DNA of 64,000 nucleotides, from positions 434,001 through 498,000 of the forward strand of contig JAPDFW010000066.1 of the NCBI GenBank assembly GCA_028826165.1, given 5' to 3'. Positions 47,065 to 61,600 of the stretch are shown here, piece after piece (position 1 is the stretch's first letter; each line of letters opens with the position of its first letter). The DNA is from Anaeramoeba ignava BMAN. Taxonomy: Eukaryota > Protista > Anaeramoebae. The position numbers were made by a program, and so were the translations under genes. The notes under the pieces are model-generated. The model saw nothing but the letters and a program-made list of their open reading frames with translations, was not told where the DNA came from and ran no database searches.

Positions 47065-50000
47065 TTAATTTTCAATTGAAAAAATATTGAAAGATTTAAT
47101 AAGATATTTTGTTTCACTTGAAAGATCCAAAAATTCTTCAAGAGTTAAATAACCTTTCTTTGAAGAATCAAAATGTTCGAACATTTTCTCAATTTGAACT
47201 AACAAATCTTTGTTTTCCATATTAAAATATTCAGCAAAAATTTTCCAAATTGATTGAGGAGTAACTTTTCCATCTCCTTCAGAATCAAAAATTGAGAAAC
47301 CAAAAGCCATTTTATCAACAAAAGATCCATGAAATAAACAATAAAGACCAATGAATAATTCTCTGAAGTTTAATTGACCGTTTTTTGATTTATTGAAACC
47401 CAAAAAGAGGATTTGAATTTGTTTTCTGTTTGTAATTCCAATTTTACCAAAAAAATCAACTAAGTTTTCATAAGTCATATATTTTTTTGGATAATCATCA
47501 CAAAATCTTTGGAACATTAAATTCAGTTCAATTTCTCTAAAAGAACAAAGTCTTTTTAAAATCTTGATGTCTTGTTTATCTAGTTTTTCAAATTGCATTT
47601 CCATTCCATCTGCAACTGTAATTGATCCATGAAGTGTTTTAATCCATTCTAAATAATCTGTGTGACTTTCTGCAAAGAAAAGCATGTGTTTTCCCTCTGT
47701 TGATCCTATTTCGAAACTTAGTGGTTTTTTCGTTATTGAGTTTGCTGGTTTTAGTTGTGCTCCTTTGAGTGGGATTGAGTGTTGTGCTTTTTGGGAGAGA
47801 TCTTTTTATATTTAAATTTATATAAATTTTTAAAATTTATAAATGAATTTTTAAATAAATTTTTAAATAAATTTTAATTTTAATTTTAATTTTAATTTTT
47901 AAATAAATTTTAATTTTGATATTAATTTTCATTTTAATTTAAATTTAAATTTTAATTTTATAAATGAATTTTAATTTTAATTTTAATTTTAATTTTTAAA
48001 TAAATTTTAATTTTGATAATTTTCATTAATTTAAATTTTAATTTTTAATTTTTTAATTTTAATTTTAATTTTAATTATAATTATAATTTTAATTTTAATT
48101 TTAAATTTAATTTTAATTTTTAAATTTTAATTATAATTATAAATTATAATTTTATTATTAATTTTAATTTTAAATTTAAAATTTTAATTTTAATTTTAAT
48201 TTTAATTTCATAAATGAATTTTAATTTTAAATTTAAATTTTAATTTTATAATTGAATTTTAATTTTAATTTTAATTTTAATTTTAAATTTAATTTTAATT
48301 TTAATTTTAATTTTAATTTTAATTTTATTTTAATTTTGATTTTATTATTAATTTTAATTTTAATTTTAATTTTAATTTTAATTTTAATTTTAATTTCATA
48401 AATGAATTTTAATTTTAATTATAATTATGATTTTAATTTTATAAATGAATTTTAATTATTTTTATACCAGGAATAGCATCAGGATTTTCAGGATTCATTT
48501 TATAATAATCCAAATGATCAGAACGAATAATAAAAAACTTTTTCTTCCATTGTTTTTTTGAATCTGAAGGAAGACAAGATAAAAATCCTTGTTTGTTTAA
48601 ATTGCTTGAAAGACGCAAAAAATAATAGAAACTTTGAATAGCACTTTTCATATTATTAACCCAAGAAATTTGCTCTTCTTTTGTATCACATTCAATTAAA
48701 TATTCAGAATCAGTTGATTGTTTTAAAATGATAGTAAAAGGCTGAGCAGCAAGATCAAGATCTGCTATTATTATTGATTTTGATATTAAAATAAACCCTT
48801 TTGGTTCTGTTATTGATTTTGCTGCTCGTGAGTAAAATAAATATATTCCATTCAATAGAAACCAATATCTTTTTCTTTTCATTTTGTTCGATGATATCCA
48901 TAAATATCCATCAAAAAATATATTTGTAAATGATTGTAGATGTCTTGTTTGTTTCTTTTGAGTTGGTTGGACTTGTTCTAATTTTAATATTAAATTCAAA
49001 AAGAATTTTGATTTAAATTTTATAAATGAATTTTTTATAAATGAATTTTAATTTTAATTTTAATTTTAATTTTAATTTTAATTTTAATTTTAATTTTATA
49101 AATGAATTTTAATTTTAATTTTAATTTTAATTTTAATTTTAATTTTAATTTTAATTTTAATTTTAATTTTCAATTTAATTTTAATTTTATTTTTAATTTT
49201 AATTTTAATTTTAATTTTAATTTTAATTTTTATAAATGAATTTTAATTTTAATTTTTAATTTTAATTTTAATTTTAATTTTTTAATTTTAAATTTTAAAT
49301 TTTATTTTTTAAATAAATGAATTTTAATTTTAATTTTAATTTTAATTTTAATTTTAATTTTAATTTTGATTTAAAATTTTATAAATGAATTTTAATTTAA
49401 ATTTTAATTTTAATTTTATAAATGAATTTTAAATTTTAATTTTAATTTTATAAATGAATTTTATAAATGAATTTAAATTTTAATTTTAATTTTTATAAAA
49501 TTTAAATTTTTTAAATTTTAATTTTAATTTTAATTTTATAAATGAATTTTAAATTTAATTTTATAAATGAATTTTAATTTTAATTTTAAATTTAATTTTA
49601 TAAATGAATTTTAAATTTAATTTTAATTTTAATTTTATAAATGAATTTTAATTTTATATAATTTTATATAATTTTATATAATTTTAAATTATATATGTAT
49701 ATGTACCAATTTGAGAATCATTTGCAGAGACAATATCTTGATTTTGTTGGTTATTCTCAAGATCAATATCGTTTGATTGCTCTAGAGGAGAACGAAGAGG
49801 AGATTCATCTTGACCCTTTTCAATTTCATGGATATTCAAATTTCTTCTTCCTTGAACAGGAGAAGGAGAAGAATCAGCATAAAAAGAAGCCATAAGTTTT
49901 CTATTGAGCCTGTTCTTATGTTCCTTTGTACATTTCTGTGCGTAAAAATCGATATTTTGGAACCAAGAGTTAAGCAACTGATTAAACATTTCTTTTTCCT

Positions 50001-50652
50001 TTTCAAATTTCTCAAGTTTAGTTTGCTGGCCTTTTTGGGATTCCTCTTTGGGAAGGATCGGAAGTAAAACAATAGAGTTTCTTGTGGGATGATTCAGACG
50101 AATAACGGGCGTGTCTTGGTTATTATTGAACTCAATCTTAGCTTGAAGATTATTAAGAAAAATAACGCCCAATGGAAATTCAATTTTCTGTTCATTTTGA
50201 TAGTAAGTGATGATATTATCATATAAATGGAAATGGAAGTCTTTCCATCGCCTGAAGCGCTGGCCTTCTTTCTTAAGATTGCCTGTTAAATGTGGCTTTC
50301 GATCTTGATATTTGCGTTCGGGAGTTAAAAGTAAAATGGATTTTGTAATTGCGTCCATCCATTCTTCTCGCAGCTGCGGTGAGCTCGCCTGAATGAAGAA
50401 GTCCCGCGACTCCTCTTGCACTATTTGGAAACTATTCTTGTATGACGCCTTGAATACATACCCCCCGTCTAGTGAAATTGCTCCCAGTGGGTGGTTAGTG
50501 TTTTGGTTCTTATAATATACTAATGTGTGGTTGCTTTTTAATACAAACCACCGTTTTTTCCATGTTTTGTGCTTCCCCCCTTGCTTCGTTAGATTCCCGC
50601 TCTTGATGATTTCGTTGTCCGTTACGTTTTTCTCGTCTTTTTGATCGCTCAT
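47065..50652 (-). CDS. Four-PH-domain protein with C-terminal NCS/calcineurin-B-like EF-hand domain (exons 50652-49707, 48977-48468, 47801-47065; 730 aa)
   Basis: Exons sum to 2193 nt in frame. PH motifs: KSGNLTKQGGKHKTWKKRWFVL, GNLKKEGQRFRRWK, DGYLW......KRYWFLL, KQGFL.......WKKKFFII. EF-hand motifs: FNKSKNGQLNFRE, FDSEGDGKVT, FDSSKKGYLTLEEF. Confidence 0.85.
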
Positions 50653-50749
50653 TTTCTTTTTACCCTGTTTTTTTTATTGAAAATTGAAAAAAAAAATGAT
50701 TTTTTGTTTTTTTCATTTTTTTTTCTTTTTTGTTTTTTATTTGCTATTT

Positions 50750-52870
50750 TAATTTAGATTAATTTTAGATTAATTTTAGATTAAATTTATATTAAATTTA
50801 GATTAATTTTAGATTAAATTTAGATTGATTTTAGATTAAATTTATATTAATTTTATATTAAATTTAGATTAAATTTAGATTAAATTTAGATTAAATTTAG
50901 ATTAAATTTAGATTAAATTTAGATTAAATTTATATTAAATTTATATTAATTTTATATTAAATTTAGATTAGAATTTATATTAAATTTAGATTAAATTTAG
51001 ACAAATTTAGATTAAATTTAGATTAAATTTAGATTAAATTTTAGATTAAATTTATATTAAATTTAGATTAATTTTTAGATTAAATTTTGGATTAATTTTA
51101 TATTAAATTTTAGATTAAATTTTAGATTAAATTTAGATTAAATTTGAGATTAAAATTTAGATTAAATCAATTTAGATTAAATTTAGATTAAATTTTAGAC
51201 AAATTTATTTTAATTTAGATTAATTTTTTGGATTAAATTTGGATTAAATTTAGATTAAATTTTAGATTAAATTTTAGATTTAGATTAAATTTGTGACAAA
51301 TTTAGATTAAATTTGGATTTCAAATTTTAGATTACAAATTTATATTAAAATTTTTGGACAAAATTTATTATTAAATTTTAGATTAAATTTAGATTAATTT
51401 TTTAAATTTTTAACAAATTTAGACAAATTTAGATTAAATTTTAGATTAAATTTAGATTAAATTTTAGATTTATATTAATTTTAGATTAAATTTAGATTAA
51501 ATTTTAGATTAAATTTTGGATTAGAAATTTAGATTAAATTTATACAAATTTAGATTAAATTTATATTAAAATTTTAGATTAAATTTATATTAATTTTAGA
51601 TTAATTTTAGATTAAATTTTATATTAAATTTTATTAAATTTAGATTTAAATTTAGATTAAATTTAGATTAAATTTAGATTAAATTTAGATTAAATTTAGA
51701 TTTATATTAAATTTATATTAAATTTAGATTAAATTTTAGATTAAATTTAGATTAAATTTAGACAAATTTAGACTATTAAATTTATATTAATTTTTATATT
51801 AAATTTTAGATTAAATTTATATTAAATTTTTTATTTTTATATTAAATTTAGATTAAATTTAGATTAAATTTAGATTAAATTTATATTAAATTTTAGAATT
51901 AAATTTAGATTAAATTTAGATTAAATTTAGATTAAATTTAGAGAAAATTTTAGATTAATTTTAGATTAAATTTAGATTAATTTTTAGATTAAAATTTATA
52001 TTAAATTTTAGATTAAATTTAGATTAAATTTAGATTAATTTTTAGATTAAATTTACAATTTTTGATAAATTTTGGATTAAAATTTAGATTAAATTTTAGA
52101 TTAAATTTTAGACAAATTTTAGATTAATTAAATTTATAAATTTTTATATTAATTTTGAGACAATTTTTTAGATTAAATTTTTAGATTAAATTTAGTTAAA
52201 TTTTAGATTAAAATTTAGATTAAATTTAGATTAAATTTAGATTAAATTTTAGATTAAATTTTAGATTAAATTTAGATTAAATTTAGATTAAAATTTATAT
52301 TAAATTTGGGATTAAATTTGGATTAAATTTATATTAATTTTAGATTAAATTTGGATTAAATTTATATTAATTTTTGGATTTAAATTTGGATTAAAATTTA
52401 TATTAATTTTAGATTAAATTTGGATTAAATTTTAGATTAAATTTAGATTAAATTTAGATTAAATTTAGATTAAATTTAGATTAAATTTAGATTAAATTTT
52501 AGATTAATTTTAGATTAAATTTAGATTAAATTTTAGATTAATTTGGATTAAATTTAAATTTAGATTAATTTTTATATTAATTTAATATAAATTTATATTA
52601 AATTTATATTAAATTTAGATTAAATTTATATTAATTTTAGATTAAATTTAGATTAAATTTATATTAAATTTAGATTAAATTTAGATTAAATTTAGATTAA
52701 ATTTAGATTAAATTTGGATTAAATTTATTTTAAATTTAGATTAAATTTGGATTAAATTTATTTTAATTTTAGATTAAATTTGGATTAATTTTAGATTAAA
52801 TTTAGATTAATTTTATATTAATTTTAGATTAAATTTGGATTAAATTTGGATTAATTTTGGATTGGATTTG
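50750..52870. repeat. 11-bp tandem satellite (TTAGATTAAAT)n, about 2.1 kb, degenerate in the middle
   Basis: Directly visible. Variants TTATATTAAAT and TTGGATTAAAT occur. It is followed by two short direct repeats at 52860-53035. Confidence 0.92.
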
Positions 52871-53486
52871 TGAAAATATTCAACAATTTAATTTTATTTT
52901 TGATTTTGGATTGGATTTATGAAAATATTCAACAATTTAATTTAATTTTTGATTTTGGATCCTGTTGTCTTATTTTTTTCCTTTTTAAATTTTAAATTTA
53001 ATTTTATTTTTGATTTTGGATCCTGTTGTCTGAATTTGTTATTTGAATTTAATATTTGAATTTTTCGTTTTTTTTTGTTTGGATAATTGAAAAAATTAAA
53101 ATAAAAAAAAAGAAAAGGGGTCATAAAGAAAATTTGTTAATTCAAAAATAATAAAATCTTTTTTTTTTTTTTTTTGATCTGCGATCATCAAGAAAATATA
53201 ATTTAATTTAAATTTCATTTGTAAATTCTTTGTTTAAATATAATTTTAAAATTATTTTAATTTATTTTTTATTTTAAATTTTGATTTTGTTTATTATGAT
53301 TTTTTAAAAATTCCACAAAATAAAAAAATTTAAAAGATCAAAAAAAAATAAATATTTTATTTTTCATTTTTTCTTTTTCATTTTTTTTTTACATTTAATT
53401 TTGATTTAATTTTCTTTCTCTTTCATTCCGTTATTTAAAACAATTTTTTTTTTGTTTTTTTAATTAAATTTTTTATAAATTTAAAA

Positions 53487-55437
53487 ATGCACACTTCATT
53501 TTATTGTGATTGTTTAAACATAAAATTAAGTGTTTTTGGAATAACTCAACCAAAAACACGTATTCAAAAAAGATTAGAATTTCAATTAAAAGAAACTAAC
53601 ATTAAACAACCTTATTTTGCAAAATTACAAAACATTGAAATGGTAAAAGATTTTTTTTTGATCTTCGAATTTTTTTAATTAAATTTTAATTGGAAAAAAA
53701 AAATAAAAAAAAATAAAAATAGAAACATTCTTTATTAATGCAAAAAAGAATTGTTAATGAATGGACAGTTTTTAGATGTCAAAATTGTGATCGTGATATT
53801 TATGCAATAAGCAGTTCTAATACTTCTCAAGTTGTTATTGATTTTTTACAAGTAAATAATAAATAAAAAAATTTTTTTTTTTTAATTAAATTTTTTAATA
53901 ATGCCCACATAAACAAAAAAAAATAATTAAAAAAAATTTTTTTTTTCTCATTTCTAAATAATTTAATTTTAATTTAAATTTAATTTATTTCCAAATAAGA
54001 TTTAAATTCAATTTCTTGACAATTTTTTAATTTAATTTATTTCCAAATAAGATTTAATTTAATTTATTTCTAAATAATTCAATTTATAAATGATTTAATT
54101 CATTTCCAAATAATTTAATTTTATTTATTGACAATTTTCCCATTCATTTCCAAATAATTTAATTTATTTCTAAATAATGTAATTTTAATTTAAATTTAAT
54201 TTTATTTCCAAATAAGATTTAAATTCAATTTATTTACAATTTTTTAATTTAATTCATTTCCAAATAAGATTTAAATTTAATTTAATTTATTGACAATTTT
54301 TTAATTTAATTCATTTCTAAATAATTAATTTTAATTTAATTTAATTTTATTTATTGACAATTTTCCCATTCATTTCCAAATAATTTAATTTAATTTATTT
54401 ATTGACAATTTTTAATTTAATTCATTTCTAAATAATTTAATTTAATTTTAATTTAATTTATTTTAAAATAAGATTTAATTTTAATTTCTTTCTAAATTTT
54501 TAAATTTAATTTAATTTCTAAATAAGATTTAATTTTAATTTAATTTATTGACAATTTTTTAATTTAATTCATTTCTAAATAATTAATTTTAATTTAATTT
54601 AATTTTATTTATTGACAATTTTCCCATTCATTTCCAAATAATTTAATTTATAAATGATTTAATTCATTTCCAAATAATTCAATTTAATTCATTTCTAAAT
54701 AATTTATAAATAATTTTAATTATTTTATAAAATAGGCAAATAAAGATCCAGCTAAAATTTATTCAAGACATAATTATTCTAAACTCTTCGAAATTCTTCT
54801 TCCTGAACCAACTCCTTATAATACAAAAACACCAAAAAATCCTCATTTATTCACAAACGAAAAACGATTGAACAAAAAATTTCAAAACAAATTACAACGA
54901 TTAAAAACAAAAATCCATTTATCAATTCAGAAAAAACGGAACAAAAACAAAAACAAAAACTCACAAGAAATCCAAAAATACGCAAACAAACTCCAAAAAG
55001 AAATGAACATTTTTTGCAATCAAGTGATGAACAAACACAACAAAACAAACTTAAACAGAAGAAGTTTAGAAATGGAAACAAACAAAAAACAAATACAAAT
55101 GGATAAATTAAACACTTTGGAACCTGAAGAAGATTTTTCAACAGTTTTCACCTTTGATTTCTCTCCAAAAAACTCAAAAGAACTTCGCCAAACAAAATCA
55201 TCAGATTCAATCGAAGAACTCGAATTAATTGAAGAAAAATTAATTGAAAGTCCCCCAATTTTTAGTGTTAGCGCTCCAATTCCCATTGAATTTAATCCTC
55301 ATCCAAAAATCACTAAGAAAATCTATTTCCCTTTTCAAACTGATTTTGTCACTCAAAATATTGAAGGTTCAGTTGGTGATTCTCCTACAAATTTACCCAT
55401 TTGGTACAAACAAGCTGGTTTTAATCAAAAAGATTAA
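53487..55437 (+). CDS. Hypothetical 328-aa protein with N-terminal CxC...CxxC zinc-binding-like domain; possibly PRAS40/Lobe-like (exons 53487-53642, 53723-53851, 54736-55437)
   Basis: Exons join in frame (987 nt). Motifs: YCDCLNIK, WTVFRCQNC, YSKLFEILL, coiled coil, VFTFD, FSVSAPIPI. Confidence 0.6.
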
Positions 55438-55684
55438 AAAAAAAACAAACAACAAAATTCCATTTTAAAAAATTTTTTTTTAGAAATTTACTTTTACTTT
55501 TACTTTTAGTTTTTCTTTGTTTTAGTTTTGTTTTTTTCTTTTGTATAAATTTTTTTTTTTAAAAATAAAAAAATAAATAAAATAATTCAATTTTGTGTTT
55601 TAATTTGATTTTGAAGAAAAAAAAAATTAAAAGAAAAAATATTTGATTTTGATTTTGATTTTGATTTTGGAAAATAAACTTAAA

Positions 55685-58600
55685 TTAAAAATCGGATTTA
55701 ATTGATTCATCTAAATCATCGGAATCATTTAGTAAATCGTCATCTGTATTATTTAATAATTCTTCAATTAATTCCTTTTCATCATTTCTTTTTCGTTTTC
55801 TTTTTTGTAACAAAACAATAACCACAATCAAAGAAATTATAAAAACAGGAACAATAACGCTGATTGTAATGATAACTGTTTTTGAATTTGAAGTTGAAGG
55901 TTCGTTTTGAGTCCAAATCAAAGTTTCTGCAGGATTTCCACATTGATAATGCATATCACATGCTGAAACATTGATATAATACTCTTCATTTGCAAGATTT
56001 GCTGTTATTTTTTCATTTGTTGATGTTAAATTAATTGAATTCAAATCTTGATTATTTTGTGATTGATAAGTGAAATTATAAAAGGAAGGAGAAAGTGTTC
56101 CATTTGGTTTATCCCATGAACATATAATTTCATAAATATCTGCTACTGAACAACTTAAATTATTAACTGGCCCAAATATTAATGTATCAATTGTTGTATT
56201 TGAAATATCTCCACATATACCATTTATATCACAAGCTGAAACATTAATATAATATTCTTCATTTGAATGATTCGCTGTTATTGTTTCATTTGTTATTGCT
56301 AAATTAAACGAACCATTATCTTCTCCATTTTGTGATTGATAACTGAAATTATAAAAGGAAGGAATAAGTGTTCCATTTGGTTCATCCCATGAGCAACTAA
56401 TTGTAAATGAATCTGATATTGAACAACTTAAATTATTAACTTTTTCAAATATTAATGTATTAATTGTTATATTTGAAATATCTCCACATATACCATTTAT
56501 ATCACAAGCTGAAACATTAATATAATATTCTTCATTTGAATAATTTGCTGTTATTGTTTCATTTGTTATTGCTAAATTAAACGAACCATTATCTTCTCCA
56601 TTTTGTGATTGATAACTGAAATTATAAAAGGAAGGAATAAGTGTTCCATTTGGTTTATCCCATAAACAAATAATTGTAAATGAATCTGATATTGAACAAC
56701 TTAAATTATTAACTTTTTCAAATATTAATGTATTAATTGTTATATTTGAAATATCTCCACATATACCATTTATATCACAAGCTGAAACATAGATATAATA
56801 TTCTTCATTTGAATAATTTGCTGTTATTGTTTCATTTGTTATTGCTAAATTAAATGAACCAATATCTTCTCCATTTTGTGATTGATAAGTGAAATTATAA
56901 AATGAAGGAATAAGTGTTCCATTTGGTTCATCCCATGAGCAACTAATTGTAAATGAATCTGATATTGAACAACTTAAATTATTAACTTTTTCAAATATTG
57001 TTGTAGTAATCATCTTTGTTGAAACATCTCCACATATACCATTTATATCACAGGCTGAAACATAGATATAATATTCTTCATTTGAATAATTTGCTGTTAT
57101 TGTTTCATTTGTTATTGCTAAATTAAATGAACCAATATCTTCTCCATTTTGTGATTGATAACTGAAATTATAAAAGGAAGGAATAAGTGTTCCATTTGGT
57201 TTATCCCATAAACATATAATTGTAAATGAATCTGATATTGAACAATTTAAATGATTAACTTTTTCAAATATTGTTGTATTAATTGTTATATTTGAAACAT
57301 TTCCACATATACCATTTATATCACAAGCTGAAACATAGATATAATATTCTTCATTTGAATAAATTGCTGTTGTATTCCCATTTGGTAAAGTAAAATTAAA
57401 TGAACCAATATCTTCTCCATTTTGTGATTGATAAGTGAAATTATAAAAGGAAGGAGAAAGTGTTCCATTTGGTTTATCCCATGAACAAATAATTGTAAAT
57501 GAATCTGATATTGAACAATTTAAATGATTAACTTGTTCAAATATTGTTGTATTAACTACTACATTTGAAACATCCCCACATTTATTGTTTATATCACAAG
57601 CTGAAACATAGATATAATATTCTTCATTTGAATAATTTGCTGTTATTGTTTCATTTGTTATTGTTGATATTAAATTAAACGAACCATTATCTTCTCCATT
57701 TTGTGATTGATAAGTGAAATTATAAAATGAAGGAATAAGTGTTCCATTTGGTTTATCCCATAAACATATAATTGTAAATGAATCTGATATTGAACAACTT
57801 AAATTAACTTGTCCAAATATTGATGTAGTAATTATTATGTTTGAAACATCTCCACATTTATTGTTTATATCACAAGCTGAAACATTAATTTGATATTCTT
57901 CATTTGAATAATTTGCTGTTATTGTTTCATTTGTTATTGTTGATATTAAATTAAACGAACCATTATCTTCTCCATTTTGTGATTGATAACTGAAATTATA
58001 AAAGGAAGGAGAAAGTGTTCCATTTGGTTTATTCCATGAACAACTAATTGTAAATGAATCAGATATTGAGCAACTTAAATTATTAACTTTTTCAAATATT
58101 GTTGTATTAATCATCTTTGTTGAAATATCCCCACATATACCATTTATATCACAGGCTGAAACATAGATATAATATTCTTCATTTGAATAATTTGCTGTTA
58201 TTGTTTCATTTGTTATTGTTGATGCTAAAATAAATACACCATTATCTTCTCCATTTTGTGATTGATAAGTAAAATTATAAAAGGAAGGAGAAAGTGTTCC
58301 ATCTGGTTCATCCCATGAACATATAATTGTAAATGAATCTGATATTGAACAATTTAAATTATTAACTGGTCCAAATATCGATGTAGTAGCTGTCGTTGTT
58401 GAAATATCTCCACATATACCATTTATATCACATGCTGAAACATTAATTTGATATTCTTCATTTGAGTAATTTGCTGTTATTGTTTCACTTGTTGATGTTA
58501 AATTAAACGAACCATTATCTTCTCCATTTTGTGATTGATAAGTGAAATTATAAAAGGAAGGAATAAGTGTTCCATTTGGTTTATCCCATGAACATATAAT

Positions 58601-61600
58601 TGTAAATGAATCTGATATTGGACAATTTAAATGATTAACTTTTTCAAATATTGTTGTAGTAATTGTTGTATTTGAAATATTTCCACATATACCATTTATA
58701 TCACAAGCTGAAACATAGATATAATATTCTTCATTTGAATAATTTGCTGTTGTATTCCCATTTGGTAAAGTAAAATTAAGTGAACCATTATCTTCTCCAT
58801 TTTGTGATTGATAAGTAAAATTATAAAATGAAGGAATAAGTGTTCCATTTGGTTTATCCCATAAACAAATAATTGTAAATGAATCTGATATTGAACAATT
58901 TAAATTATTAACTTTTTCAAATATTGTTGTAGTAATTGTTGTATTTGAAACATTTCCACATATACCATTTATATCACAAGCTGAAACATAGATATAATAT
59001 TCTTCATTTGAATAATTTGCTGTTGTATTCCCATTTGTTAAAGTAAAATTAAGTGAACCATTATCTTCTCCATTTTGTGATTGATAACTGAAATTATAAA
59101 ATGAAGGAATAAGTGTTCCATTTGGTTCATCCCATGAACATATAATTGTAAATGAATCTGATATTGAACAATTTAAATTATTAACTTGTTCAAATATTGT
59201 TGTAGTAACTGTTGTATTTGAAACATTTCCACATATACCATTTATATCACAAGCTGAAACATAGATATAATATTCTTCATTTGAATAAATTGCTGTTGTA
59301 TTCCCATTTGGTAAAGTAAAATTAAGTGAACCATTATCTTCTCCATTTTGTGATTGATAAGTAAAATTATAAAATGAAGGAATAAGTGTTCCATTTGGTT
59401 TATCCCATGAACATATAATTGTAAATGAATCTGATATTGAACAATTTAAATTATTAACTTTTTCAAATATTGTTGTAGTAACTATCTTTGTTGAAATATC
59501 TCCACAATGGTTGTTTATATCACAAGCTGAAACATTAATTTGATATTCTTCATTTGAATAATTTGCTGTTATTGTTTCATTTGTTGATGTTAAATTAAAA
59601 GAACCATTATCTTCTCCATTTTGTGATTGATAACTGAAGCTATAAAATGAAGGAATAAGTGTTCCATCTGGTTTATCCCATGAGCAACTAATTGTAAATG
59701 AATCAGATATTGAACAACTTAAATTAACTGGTCCAAATATTGATGTAGTAACTATCTTTGTTGAAATATCTCCACATATACCATTTATATCACAGGCTGA
59801 AACATTAATTTGATATTCTTCATTTGAATAGTTTGCTGTTATTGTTTCATTTGTTGATGTTAAATTAAAAGAACCATTATCTTCTCCATTTTGTGATTGA
59901 TAACTGAAGCTATAAAATGAAGGAATAAGTGTTCCATTTGGTTTATCCCATGAACAACTAATTGTAAATGAATCAGATATTGAACAACTTAAATTAACTT
60001 GTTCAAATATTGTTGTAGTAACTGTTGTATTTGAAACATTTCCACATATACCATTTATATCACAAGCTGAAACATAGATATAATATTCTTCATTTGAATA
60101 GTTTGCTGTTATTGTTTCATTTGTTGATGTTAAATTAAAAGAACCATTATCTTCTCCATTTTGTGATTGATAACTGAAATTATAAAATGAAGGAATAAGT
60201 GTTCCATTTGGTTTATCCCATGAACAACTAATTGTAAATGAATCTGATATTGAACAATTTAAATTATTAACTTGTCCAAATATTGTTGTAGTAACTGTTG
60301 TATTTGAAACATTTCCACATATACCATTTATATCACAAGCTGAAACATAGATATAATATTCTTCATTTGAATAGTTTGCTGTTATTGTTTCATTTGTTAT
60401 TGTTAAATTAAACGAACCAATATCTTCTCCATTTTGTGATTGATAAGTGAAATTATAAAATGAAGGAATAAGTGTTCCATTTGGTTCATCCCATAAACAA
60501 ATAATTGTAAATGAATCTGATATTGAACAACTTAAATTAACTTCTCCAAATATTGTTGTAGTAACTGTTGTATTTGAAACATTTCCACATATACCATTTA
60601 TATCACAAGCTGAAACATAGATATAATATTCTTGATCTGAATAATTTGCTGTTATTGTTTCATTTGTTATTGTTAAATTAAGTGAACCAATATCTTCTCC
60701 ATTTTGTGATTGATAAGTGAAATTATAAAATGAAGGAATAAGTGTTCCATTTGGTTTATCCCATAAACAAATAATTGTAAATGAATCAGATATTGAACAA
60801 CTTAAATTAACTTCTCCAAATATTGTTGTATTAATTGTTGTATTTGAAACATTTCCACATATACCATTTATATCACAAGCTGAAACATAGATATAATATT
60901 CTTGATCTGAATAATTTGCTGTTATAGTTTCATTTGTTATTGTTAAATTAAATGAACCAATATCTTCTCCATTTTGTGATTGATAAGTGAAATTATAAAA
61001 TGAAGGAATAAGTGTTCCATTTGGTTCATTCCATGAACATATAATTGTAAATGAATCTGATATTGAACAATTTAAATTATTAACTTGTCCAAATATTGTT
61101 GTATTAACTATTTTATTTGAAATATCTCCACATATACCATTTATATCACAAGCTGAAACATATATATAATATTCTTGATCTGAATAATTTGCTGTTATTG
61201 TTTCATTTGTTATTGTTAAATTAAGTGAACCAATATCTTCTCCATTTTGTGATTGATAAGTAAAATTATAAGATGAAGGAGAAAGTGTTCCATTTGGTTC
61301 ATCCCATAAACAAATAATTGTAAATGAATCTGATATTGAACAACTTAAATTATTAACTTGTTCAAATATTAATGTATTAACTGTTGTATTTGAAATATCT
61401 CCACATATACCATTTATATCACAAGCTGAAACATAGATATAATATTCTTCATTTGAATAATTTGCTGTTATTGTTTCATTTGTTATTGTTAAATTAAGTG
61501 AACCAATATCTTCTCCATTTTGTGATTGATAAGTAAAATTATAAGATGAAGGAATAAGTGTTCCATTTGGTTCATCCCATAAACAAATAATTGTAAATGA

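Noticed and set aside
50750-52870. Telomere interpretation of the TTAGA-containing repeat
   Set aside because: It is internal, flanked by intact genes, and lacks G-runs. Kept only as a satellite.
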